64,000 nt of DNA from assembly GCA_964291625.2 (NCBI GenBank), contig OZ220089.1:576001-640000 (forward strand), written 5' to 3'. Positions within the stretch are counted from its first letter, which is position 1. Each line of letters starts with the position of its first letter. The notes under the pieces were generated by a model, which saw only the letters and a list, made by a program, of their open reading frames with translations, was not told the origin of the DNA and ran no database searches. The stretch comes from Candidatus Latescibacterota bacterium. Its GTDB lineage: Bacteria > Latescibacterota > UBA2968 > UBA8231. Positions 19,167 through 26,944 of the stretch are shown here, piece by piece. A program made the position numbers and the translations under genes.

Positions 19167-21815
19167 TCAATAAGCGACGGAGAGGACGCCGGAGTGCCGG
19201 GTGGAGGTGTCGTCGGAGTCGACGGCGAAACGGTAGAGATAGATCCCGGGGGGCACGAGCAGGCCGTTCTCGTCGCGGCCGTCCCAGGTGAACCGCAGGG
19301 CGCCCGCCGCCGAGTCCCCGGCCTCGATCCGGGCCAGGCGGCGCCCGGACAGGTCGTGGATGTCGAGCTCCACCTCGACCTCCTCGGTGACGAGGAAGAG
19401 GTCGAAGGAGAACACGATCTCGTCGTTGATGCCGTCGCCGTTGGGGGTGAAGGGATTGGGGCTGACGAGAGGCGCCTGCACGACGCTGCCGATATCCTGG
19501 ACCACGACGAGCCGGGAGTTGGTGCCCACGTCGGGAGTGGCGTCCCCGTCCTCGGTGGGCTGGGGGATCGCGGTGTCTCCGAGCTCGTCGTTCCACAGGG
19601 AGCTGAGGAACTGCTGGGAGCCCCGGAAGAGCCGGGAGCGGAAGACGACCTCGATGTTCTCTCCGAACTGGAAGTGCCCGGCACCCATGGAAGGCAGCTT
19701 GATCGACAGCTTGTGGGCCCCGGTGACCGGGTCGGTGACGACAGACTGGGCGAACTGCCCCAGGCTGTCGGGGCTGCCCGCGACCGGGGCGAGACGGGCG
19801 GGATGGACCTCGAGGAGAGGATCGTCGCCGGTGCCGGCGGCGATCTCCGCCCAGGCCTGCCCGTCGACGCGCAGGGTGTCGATGCGGCTGTCGACGCTGG
19901 GAACGTCGATCTCGATCCGGTTGAAGACCATCGGATCCCCCGGCCCGAAGAGCGGCCGGAGGTAGTAGCGGAAGAGGGCCTCCTCGCCGAGGGGGACGCC
20001 TGACGGGAAGATCTCGGCCACCACGCCCCCGGAGACGAGGGGCGTGTCGTAGTCGAACTCGATGAAGTCGAGGAGGGCGGCGCCGTGCTGGGGGCCGTCG
20101 AAGTAGACGCGGAACTGGATGTAGCGGGTGCCTCCGGGCAGGGGAAGCTGGACGCCGGCATCGCTCCACTCGGACTCGGGCAGGCTCTCGTCGATGAGTC
20201 CGTCCGCCAGCTTGAAGGGCGCCGACCAGTAGCTCCAGCCACGTCTCCCGTCGGCGCCGACGTCGACGCCCAGCTCGTTGTAACGCAGCTCGCGCTCGGG
20301 GATGCGGCCGTCGGTGAGCTTGATCCAGGCGAAGAGGTCGAGAGGATCGCCTTGGTCGTCGCGGTCGTCCTCGAAGCCGGGGCCCAGCCGGCGGGCGTAG
20401 ACATGGGTGTCGAGCGAGTTGCCGACCCGGAACTGGATGCGCACATCGCCGCCGAGGCCGTCGCGGCGGCCCTTCCACCGGACCTTGCCCCAGTTGACCT
20501 GGTCGCCGGGCAGGTTCAGGTCGAACTGGCCTTCGTAGGCCTCCCGCTCGCCGCCGGAGAACTGCTCGATCTCGCGGTCGTAGCGGCGGGCGCGCGGCGT
20601 GGGGACACCCACGTCGATGACGGCCGAGGTGTACTGGCCGTCGATGGCGAAGCCGTCGCCGAAGTGGCCGAGCTCGGCGATCTGGCTGAGCTTGCCCTCG
20701 GGATCGATGGAACGGATGTCGACGCGGCCGGCGACATAGGTGGGGAAGCGCAGGTTCTTGATCACCGGGGTGAGCTGATCGCGGGTGGGGGAGACCAGGG
20801 TCCTGTTGATCCCGATGGTCTCGGAATGGAGGTTGATCCCGTGCTGGTCGCCGTATTGGATGTAGTAGTTGGCGATGGTTCCTCCCGGAAGGGTCGGATG
20901 GGGGCGGAAGGTTATGCGGTTGAGGTAGTAGTAGCCCATCAGGTTCATCGCGATCCCGCCGCGGCCGTACTTGGTGCTGTTGAACTCGGTGCGGAGGTTG
21001 CCGTCCACCGCCCTCTCCGCGTCCTCCCGGCGGATGACCCCCGCCGCCGCCCAGTAGTCGCCCGAGACGGGGTCGGAGACCTCGCGGCGGAAGCCGTACT
21101 CGCTCGGCACCACCATGTAGGGCCGCTGGGTGTCCTTGCCGGGGATGACCCCGCCGAACTCGCCGGCCTTGTAGCGCTGGTTGAGCATGTAGGCGAGGTT
21201 GCGCAGGCTGTCGAGGCGGATCGGCCGGATCCAGGTGGTCACGCCGCCGCCGTGTTCGGGCATGTCGGGATCCTCGTCCACGAGCCCGTCGCCGTCGTCG
21301 TCGACGCCGTTGATGGGATCCTCGTTGAGCAGGCCGTCCCAGTCGTCGTCGTACTGACTGTAGAGGCCGTCCTCGTTGAGCAGCCCGTCGCCGTCGTTGT
21401 CGATCTGCGGATCGGGACCGTCTTCGTTGATCAGCCCGTCGATGTCGTTGTCGATCAACTCGGGCGGGTCCTCGTCGATGAGGCCGTCGCCGTCGTCGTC
21501 GATATTGTTGTCCGGGTCCTCATTGAGCTGGCCGTCGCCGTCGTTGTCGACCTGCGGGTCCTCGGGGTCCTCGTTGATCGTGCCGTCGTCGTCGTTGTCG
21601 ATGAGGTCCACGGGATCCTCGTCGATGAGACCGTCGCCGTCGTCGTCGGCCAGCAGCTCCACCGCCCAGCTGCGCCCCAAGTCGAGGCGGCCCGTCACCG
21701 GCCGCAGGATCCATGGATGCGTGCCGTCGCCGACGCGCCAACTCTTGATCTCCGCCCAGCCGTCGCCGGCCAGGAGCAGGGCGCCCAGCAGAGCCAGTGT
21801 CGATAGCCTGATCAT
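19167..21815 (-). CDS. Secreted protein with 8 acidic Ca-binding repeats and C-terminal FTPNGDGIND/FlgD Ig-like domain (paralog 3)
   Basis: Signal peptide; tandem DxDxDGxxxED repeats; NPFTPNGDGINDE...WDGRDENGLLVPPGIY...LSVAY; ATGA-coupled to upstream lipoprotein. Confidence 0.75.
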   Translation of the reverse strand: MIRLSTLALLGALLLAGDGWAEIKSWRVGDGTHPWILRPVTGRLDLGRSWAVELLADDDGDGLIDEDPVDLIDNDDDGTINEDPEDPQVDNDGDGQLNEDPDNNIDDDGDGLIDEDPPELIDNDIDGLINEDGPDPQIDNDGDGLLNEDGLYSQYDDDWDGLLNEDPINGVDDDGDGLVDEDPDMPEHGGGVTTWIRPIRLDSLRNLAYMLNQRYKAGEFGGVIPGKDTQRPYMVVPSEYGFRREVSDPVSGDYWAAAGVIRREDAERAVDGNLRTEFNSTKYGRGGIAMNLMGYYYLNRITFRPHPTLPGGTIANYYIQYGDQHGINLHSETIGINRTLVSPTRDQLTPVIKNLRFPTYVAGRVDIRSIDPEGKLSQIAELGHFGDGFAIDGQYTSAVIDVGVPTPRARRYDREIEQFSGGEREAYEGQFDLNLPGDQVNWGKVRWKGRRDGLGGDVRIQFRVGNSLDTHVYARRLGPGFEDDRDDQGDPLDLFAWIKLTDGRIPERELRYNELGVDVGADGRRGWSYWSAPFKLADGLIDESLPESEWSDAGVQLPLPGGTRYIQFRVYFDGPQHGAALLDFIEFDYDTPLVSGGVVAEIFPSGVPLGEEALFRYYLRPLFGPGDPMVFNRIEIDVPSVDSRIDTLRVDGQAWAEIAAGTGDDPLLEVHPARLAPVAGSPDSLGQFAQSVVTDPVTGAHKLSIKLPSMGAGHFQFGENIEVVFRSRLFRGSQQFLSSLWNDELGDTAIPQPTEDGDATPDVGTNSRLVVVQDIGSVVQAPLVSPNPFTPNGDGINDEIVFSFDLFLVTEEVEVELDIHDLSGRRLARIEAGDSAAGALRFTWDGRDENGLLVPPGIYLYRFAVDSDDTSTRHSGVLSVAY
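21270..21647 (-). repeat. Eight tandem acidic repeats D[DN]DxDGxx[DN]ED (16-17 aa period)
   Basis: DDDGDGLIDED, DNDDDGTINED, DNDGDGQLNED, DDDGDGLIDED, DNDIDGLINED, DNDGDGLLNED, DDDWDGLLNED, DDDGDGLVDED. Confidence 0.85.
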
Positions 21816-22606
21816 CGCGCTCCTCCGTCGATTTCCATTGCGGCAGCGGTCGAGGGCTGGTTGGTCGAGAGCGTCCGCGTGCCGTCCGGGCTGAGGCGGC
21901 CCACTTCGCGCTCGAACCGGTAGCGGATGTCCACCGTCTCCACCGGCTCGTTGCGGTGGTCGAAGCGGAGAACAGTGTCGTAAATGGTCACCTCGACCCG
22001 CGAGACATCGGGATGGAGCACCGGGAAGACGAGATAGCCCTCGAGCTCCTGGCCGCTGAAGATGACTTCCTTCCGGAACATGCTGCGCCGGGCCAGATCG
22101 ATGCGCTCCTGGTAGCGGTCGTACTCGTTGCCCCGGTAACCGAGGACATAGGTCCGGTAGTAGCTCTTCAGCTGACTCACGTCGAGGCTCCAGTAGCGGC
22201 GGCCGTTGTCGGCCGTCAGCTCCACCTGGGTCGGGTCGATCTGAACCCTCGGGAAGGCGTAGTTCTTGACGTTCAGGTGAAAGACCGTGAAGCGGGACTG
22301 ACCCTCCCCGCCCTCCCGCAGCTCGGCGTCGCCGAAGGTGAAGGGGTTCGTCGAGACGGGCCCCGACCGGGAGTGGGAGGCGAACTGGCGGTTGAGCTCG
22401 GCGTCGGTGATCGGGCGGAGCCTCACTTCGAGGCGGCCCAGTGTGTAGGTCACCGCCCCGTCGTCGGCCACCGCTACCGCTTTCTCCTGCCCGTCGGAGG
22501 GCCGGAGTGGACCGGCGTAGTAGGTGTATCCACAGCCGCTGCCGAGGAGGAGGAGAAGGCTGGCCGCGGCCGGAGGCAGGCTCTTGTTCATTTGCATAGT
22601 TCCCAT
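21812..22606 (-). CDS. Hypothetical lipoprotein (paralog of 12443-13198)
   Basis: Lipobox LLGSG-C; shares VADDGxVT, GRLEVxLRPxTDxELNRQF, RFTVF, EGYLVF, RFERExGR. Confidence 0.7.
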   Translation of the reverse strand: MGTMQMNKSLPPAAASLLLLLGSGCGYTYYAGPLRPSDGQEKAVAVADDGAVTYTLGRLEVRLRPITDAELNRQFASHSRSGPVSTNPFTFGDAELREGGEGQSRFTVFHLNVKNYAFPRVQIDPTQVELTADNGRRYWSLDVSQLKSYYRTYVLGYRGNEYDRYQERIDLARRSMFRKEVIFSGQELEGYLVFPVLHPDVSRVEVTIYDTVLRFDHRNEPVETVDIRYRFEREVGRLSPDGTRTLSTNQPSTAAAMEIDGGAR

Positions 22607-22619
22607 TCGCGGAATGCCT

Positions 22620-22649
22620 AGCCTACGGCAGCCCGGAGGGTGCTGTCAA
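22620..22649 (-). promoter_or_regulatory. Candidate sigma70 promoter for the lipoprotein-CTD protein-GT-C unit
   Basis: TTGACA-N18-TAGGCT on minus strand in the rpoN/lipoprotein gap. Confidence 0.55.
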
Positions 22650-22665
22650 GGCGGCGCGGAGAGGT

Positions 22666-24180
22666 TCAGTACACCTGCTTGCGGTAGCGCTGGGAGTTGA
22701 TCCCCAGCTGCACGCGGTACTTGGCCACCGTGCGGCGCGCGATCCGGATGCCCTCCTTGCCGAGCTCGTCGGCGATGGCCTGATCGCTGAGGGGCTCCTG
22801 CTTGTCCTCGGCCTCGATCAGGGCCGAGATGCTCTCCTTGACGCTGCGCGCCGACACCTCCTCGCCATCGTCGCGCTGCACCTTGCTGTCGAAGAAGTGC
22901 TTGAGCTCGAAGACTCCGTGCGGGGTCTGCATGTACTTGCCGTTGCTGACCCTGCTGATGGTCGACACGTGCATGCCTACGGCGTCGGCCACGTCCTGAA
23001 GGACCATCGGCCTGAGGTGGGCCGGGCCCCGCTCGAACCAGTCCATCTGCGCCCGTACGAGGTAGTTGGCCACTTTCAGCATCGTCGCCCGGCGCTGGTT
23101 GATGGCGTTGATCAGCCAACGGGCGTCGTTGAGCTTCTCCGACACGTAGGACCGGACCTCGTCCTTGCGCCGGCGGCCGTTTGCCAGCTGCGCATAGGCG
23201 CGGTTGATGGTCAGGGACGGGAGGTTGCCGTCGGTAAGGCTGACGACCCAGTCCTCTCCCACCTTGTCGACCACCAGGTCGGGGGTGATGTAGTTGACGC
23301 TGGTATCGAGGGTGAGCATGCCGGGGCTGGTGAACCCGGCCTCCACGGCGGCGCCGGCGTTCGGGTGGAGTTGCTCGATCAGCTCCATGGCCCCCTTCAG
23401 CTCTTCGTTCTCCACGCCGAGGGCGCGCGTGATCTGCGAAAAGCGGCGCCGGGTGAGATCCTCCATGTGGTGGCGCACGATCTTCGTGGCCAGCTCCAGG
23501 TCGTGGTAGTTCTCCTGGCCCTCCTTCAACTCCAGCTGGATCAGCAGGCATTCGCCCAGATCGCGGGCGCCGATGCCGGGAGGCTCGAAGGTCTGTATGA
23601 CCGCCAGGACGCGTTCCACTTCTTCCACCGGGACCGCGACCGCCTCGGCGATCTCCGCGGCCGTGCACGTCAGGTAACCGCGGTCGTCGATATTGCCGAT
23701 GATGAACTCCGCCGTCTCCACGTCCGCCCCTTCCAGATCGCTCACCAGCAGCTGCTCCTGGAGCAGCTGGATCAGGGGAGTGACGGTGGTGATGCGGTTC
23801 TCCCGGGGCTCCCGGTCCTGCTCCCAGTCCGGGTCGTACTCGGTCGTCTCCTCGTTGTAGGAGTTCTTGTCGAGCTGATCGTCGAGCAGGGCGTCCCAGT
23901 CCATCTCGTCGAGATCCTCCGGAACCTCCTCCTCCTTCAGCTCCTGCTCTTCGAGGGCGGCTTCCTGCTCGCGCGTCTCCACCTCCTCCGGCTCGGCCTC
24001 GGGCTCCAGCTCCTCCTCCACCTCCACCGCTTCCTCGAGGAGCGGGTTGATCTCCATCTGCTGCTTGATCTCGAGCTCAAGCTCCAGAGTCGACATCTGC
24101 AGGAGCTGCAGCGACTGGATCAACTGCGGCGCCAGGCGCTGCTGCAGGCTGAGGTTCTGTGACAGGCGGAGCATCGTCAC
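22666..24180 (-). CDS. rpoN: RNA polymerase sigma-54 factor
   Basis: QQRLAPQLIQSLQLLQ region I; HVSTISRV; RpoN box ARRTVAKYR; start 24180 or 24174. Confidence 0.97.
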   Translation of the reverse strand: MTMLRLSQNLSLQQRLAPQLIQSLQLLQMSTLELELEIKQQMEINPLLEEAVEVEEELEPEAEPEEVETREQEAALEEQELKEEEVPEDLDEMDWDALLDDQLDKNSYNEETTEYDPDWEQDREPRENRITTVTPLIQLLQEQLLVSDLEGADVETAEFIIGNIDDRGYLTCTAAEIAEAVAVPVEEVERVLAVIQTFEPPGIGARDLGECLLIQLELKEGQENYHDLELATKIVRHHMEDLTRRRFSQITRALGVENEELKGAMELIEQLHPNAGAAVEAGFTSPGMLTLDTSVNYITPDLVVDKVGEDWVVSLTDGNLPSLTINRAYAQLANGRRRKDEVRSYVSEKLNDARWLINAINQRRATMLKVANYLVRAQMDWFERGPAHLRPMVLQDVADAVGMHVSTISRVSNGKYMQTPHGVFELKHFFDSKVQRDDGEEVSARSVKESISALIEAEDKQEPLSDQAIADELGKEGIRIARRTVAKYRVQLGINSQRYRKQVY

Positions 24181-24242
24181 GGAAGTCGTAACTCACACTC
24201 TGGTAATGATTTGGGTCGTACAGGCGAAGACCTGCGAGGGCT

Positions 24243-24272
24243 AATGTACCCCGGTGGCCTCGAGCCTGTCAA
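24243..24272 (-). promoter_or_regulatory. Candidate sigma70 promoter of rpoN
   Basis: TTGACA-N18-TACATT on minus strand. Confidence 0.55.
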
Positions 24273-24278
24273 GGATTG

Positions 24279-24294
24279 AGGCACGGCGTTTGCT
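24279..24294 (+). promoter_or_regulatory. Sigma54 -24/-12 element, opposite orientation to rpoN
   Basis: AGGCACGGCGTTTGCT, GG-N10-GC spacing exact. Confidence 0.6.
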
Positions 24295-24323
24295 GCAAGC
24301 GTTCGCCACGCTGGCGACCCCTG

Positions 24324-25043
24324 TCATGTCAGGCGGAAACGGTCTCCCAGGTAGAGCCTCCGCACGTCCCGGTCCCGGGCCAGGTCCGGAGCGGTGCCCG
24401 AGGTCAGGATCACACCATCCACCATGATGTACGCCCGGTCGGCGATCTCGAGGGTCTCGTGAGCGTTGTGGTCGGTGATGAGGATACTGAGCCCCCGGGC
24501 GCGGAGCTCGCCGACGATGGCCTGGATGTCCTCCACGGTTCGCGGGTCGATGCCGGTGAACGGTTCGTCCAGCAGCATGTAGCGGGGCTCCGTGGCCAGG
24601 GCCCGGGCGATCTCGACGCGACGGGTCTCGCCGCCGGAGAGGCTGTCGGCGCGCTGACCCGCTCGGGCCTCCAGGTCGAGCTCGGCGAGGAGGCCGGCGG
24701 CGCGCTCCTCCCGCTCCCGGCGGGCGACGCCGCGAGCCTCGAGGACGGCGGAGACGTTCTGCGCCACCGTCAGCCCTCGAAAGATCGAGGTCTCCTGCGG
24801 CAGATAGCCGATGCCCCTGCGGGCCCGCTGATACATGGCCAGCCGGGTCAGTTCCTCCTCATCGAGCAGCACGCGGCCGCCATCGGGGCGCACGAAGCCG
24901 GTGATGCTGTGGAACGTGGTCGTCTTTCCGGCCCCATTCGGCCCGAGGAGGCCGACGACCTCGCCGGGACCGACATGGAGGGAGACGCCGTCCACCACCC
25001 TCCTCCGGCCATAGGTCTTGACGATCTCCTCGACGCGCAGCAT
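24324..25043 (-). CDS. lptB: LPS export ABC transporter ATP-binding protein
   Basis: MLRVEEIVKTYG; GPNGAGKTT; RARRGIGYLPQE; LSGGETRRVEIARAL; ILITDHN; directly upstream of rpoN. Confidence 0.93.
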   Translation of the reverse strand: MLRVEEIVKTYGRRRVVDGVSLHVGPGEVVGLLGPNGAGKTTTFHSITGFVRPDGGRVLLDEEELTRLAMYQRARRGIGYLPQETSIFRGLTVAQNVSAVLEARGVARREREERAAGLLAELDLEARAGQRADSLSGGETRRVEIARALATEPRYMLLDEPFTGIDPRTVEDIQAIVGELRARGLSILITDHNAHETLEIADRAYIMVDGVILTSGTAPDLARDRDVRRLYLGDRFRLT

Positions 25044-25054
25044 CCGTGGTCCCC

Positions 25055-26944
25055 TCAGCCGCCCCGCCCGCCCGGCTCGAATCGTCCCTCGACACCCTCG
25101 AGGACCTGCACGGCCTGCACCACCCCCTCGCGCATCCTGATCTCCAGCCGCTCTCCCTTCACGTCGTTGAGGGAGACCTCCCCTTCGGAGCCACCTCCGG
25201 CCAGCCGCAGGCGGACGCGGGCGCCGCCACTGGCGACGATCCGGCTCAAGACGCCCTCCTCGTCGAAGCTCATCTCCATCCGCTCGGCGGTGAACCGGCT
25301 CAGGCGCTCCTCCGAGGGATCCCGGTGGATCGCCTCGACCCGGCCTTCCAGGTGCAGGCTGGACAGTCTGCCGGAGGCCAGCGCCGCCCGGCCCGAGCCG
25401 GCGCGCAGCCAGGTCCGGCCGTCGCCCCGCAGGCTCCCCCGCAGGTCGCCGGGCCACGTCAGGGCCACGGGCTCCCCCTCCGCCAGCTCGACGCGGCTGC
25501 TGTCCGCGGCGAGACGGCTGCGGGCGGCCCCGGCCCGGTGGACGAACTCGACCTCGCCGAAGAGGGACGCCGGTCCCTCCGGGGTGGCGTAGACGCCTCG
25601 GAGGGCCCTCAGCTCCAGGTCGGGCGGGGCCTCGAGAAGGAATCCGCCGGTCCCGGTCAGGCGCCGCTGCGAGCCTTCGAGGATCAGTGAATCGGCGCGC
25701 AGGGTCAGCTCGCCTCCGCCCCGGCGGGGGCGCGTCAGGCGGGCATCGCTCCACAGGACGAGCCGGGCGCCGGCGGCCCCCGACCTCAGCCGCCCGGAGC
25801 GCAGATCTCCCTCGAGATCGGCAGCGTCCAGCGCCACGGCCCCGAAGGCCTCCACCTCGTCCTCCGGGCGCACCAGGCGCAGGGAGTCGGCGGTGATCCT
25901 CCGGTCCCCCTCTCGCGCCGAGGCCCCGCCGGCGGCGAGGAGGGTGTCGGTGCCCTCGCTGAGGTGGAGCCTCCGCGCCTCCAGTCCCCGCCCGTCCACC
26001 TCGGCCCGCGCCGGATCTCCCTGGATGCGCCAGCGGTCGCCGTCCTCCTCGATCGAATCCGCCCACAGGCGGGCCTCGCCCTCGACGCGCACGCCGCCGG
26101 CGGCGGCGAAGCGCGAGCGGCCCAGCTCGACGTCGATGGCCTCCGCCGTCAGGCGTCTCTGGCGGCCGCTGTCCTCCATGGACGCGGCCCCTTCCAGCAC
26201 GACCCGCCGGGTGCGGCCGTCGTAGATGGCGCTGCGGGCCCCGAAACGGCGATCCCGCCAGCCCGCGCGAGCCTGCTTGAAGACGGCCTCCAGGCGGCCG
26301 CCGCGGACCCGCAGGTCCGCGGCGGCCGCCTCCATGTGCAGGGCCCCTGCCCCGTCGCCGCCGCCCTCAGACCCGGTGAAGATGCCGGTCACCTCTTCGG
26401 CCGACCACGATGCCAGCCCGCTGTCGCCCGCGAGCCGGGCGGCGCTGAGGCGGCCATCGGGCAGGAGCAGGTCCGCGGCCGAGGGAGCGCTCAGGCTGTC
26501 GGTGCCGCGGTCCCAGCCGAGGGTGTCGGCCGTGGCCGCGACCCCGGGACCCTCGGCCTCGGCGGTGACGTTCCCCGAGAACCCGACGACATCGTGGCCG
26601 TGGTCGATGAACAGGCGGTCGGCGCGGACCCGGGTCGCGGGCCGGTTCAGGGAGTCGGCGAAGGTCACGGTCACGCCGCCGTCGGCGCGGGTGATCCGGT
26701 CCGCCAGATCGGCGACGTAGGCGGCCTCGACGGCGACGGTGGAGATGCTGCCGCGCAGGTCGAGCTCCACCTCCCAGGACTCGCGCTCGATCCCCTCCGG
26801 GGCCTCCGGCTCCGGGGACGGCGGCCCCTCGGCGGCACCGCAGCCGAGTAGTCCGAGGAGGGAGAGGGCGGTCACGGCGCCGGCGAGGCGCCGTCCAGCG
26901 TTGCAGGGTGTGAGGGGGGCCTCAGGGGGCCGAGGCGCGGACAT
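25055..26944 (-). CDS. LptC/LptA(OstA)-like beta-jellyroll protein, apparently fused or extended
   Basis: Lipobox-like LLGLLG-C; repeated ITADSL/LRADSL/GxVxV jellyroll strands; canonical position upstream of lptB. Confidence 0.6.
   Translation of the reverse strand: MSAPRPPEAPLTPCNAGRRLAGAVTALSLLGLLGCGAAEGPPSPEPEAPEGIERESWEVELDLRGSISTVAVEAAYVADLADRITRADGGVTVTFADSLNRPATRVRADRLFIDHGHDVVGFSGNVTAEAEGPGVAATADTLGWDRGTDSLSAPSAADLLLPDGRLSAARLAGDSGLASWSAEEVTGIFTGSEGGGDGAGALHMEAAAADLRVRGGRLEAVFKQARAGWRDRRFGARSAIYDGRTRRVVLEGAASMEDSGRQRRLTAEAIDVELGRSRFAAAGGVRVEGEARLWADSIEEDGDRWRIQGDPARAEVDGRGLEARRLHLSEGTDTLLAAGGASAREGDRRITADSLRLVRPEDEVEAFGAVALDAADLEGDLRSGRLRSGAAGARLVLWSDARLTRPRRGGGELTLRADSLILEGSQRRLTGTGGFLLEAPPDLELRALRGVYATPEGPASLFGEVEFVHRAGAARSRLAADSSRVELAEGEPVALTWPGDLRGSLRGDGRTWLRAGSGRAALASGRLSSLHLEGRVEAIHRDPSEERLSRFTAERMEMSFDEEGVLSRIVASGGARVRLRLAGGGSEGEVSLNDVKGERLEIRMREGVVQAVQVLEGVEGRFEPGGRGG

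Noticed and set aside
21270-21647. Periodic ~50-nt DNA repeats as a CRISPR array
   Set aside because: Degenerate at third codon positions, inside a CDS, no cas genes
3876-21815. Flagellar hook-cap (flgD) genes
   Set aside because: Only the small C-terminal Ig-like domain resembles FlgD; proteins have Sec signals and no flagellar context
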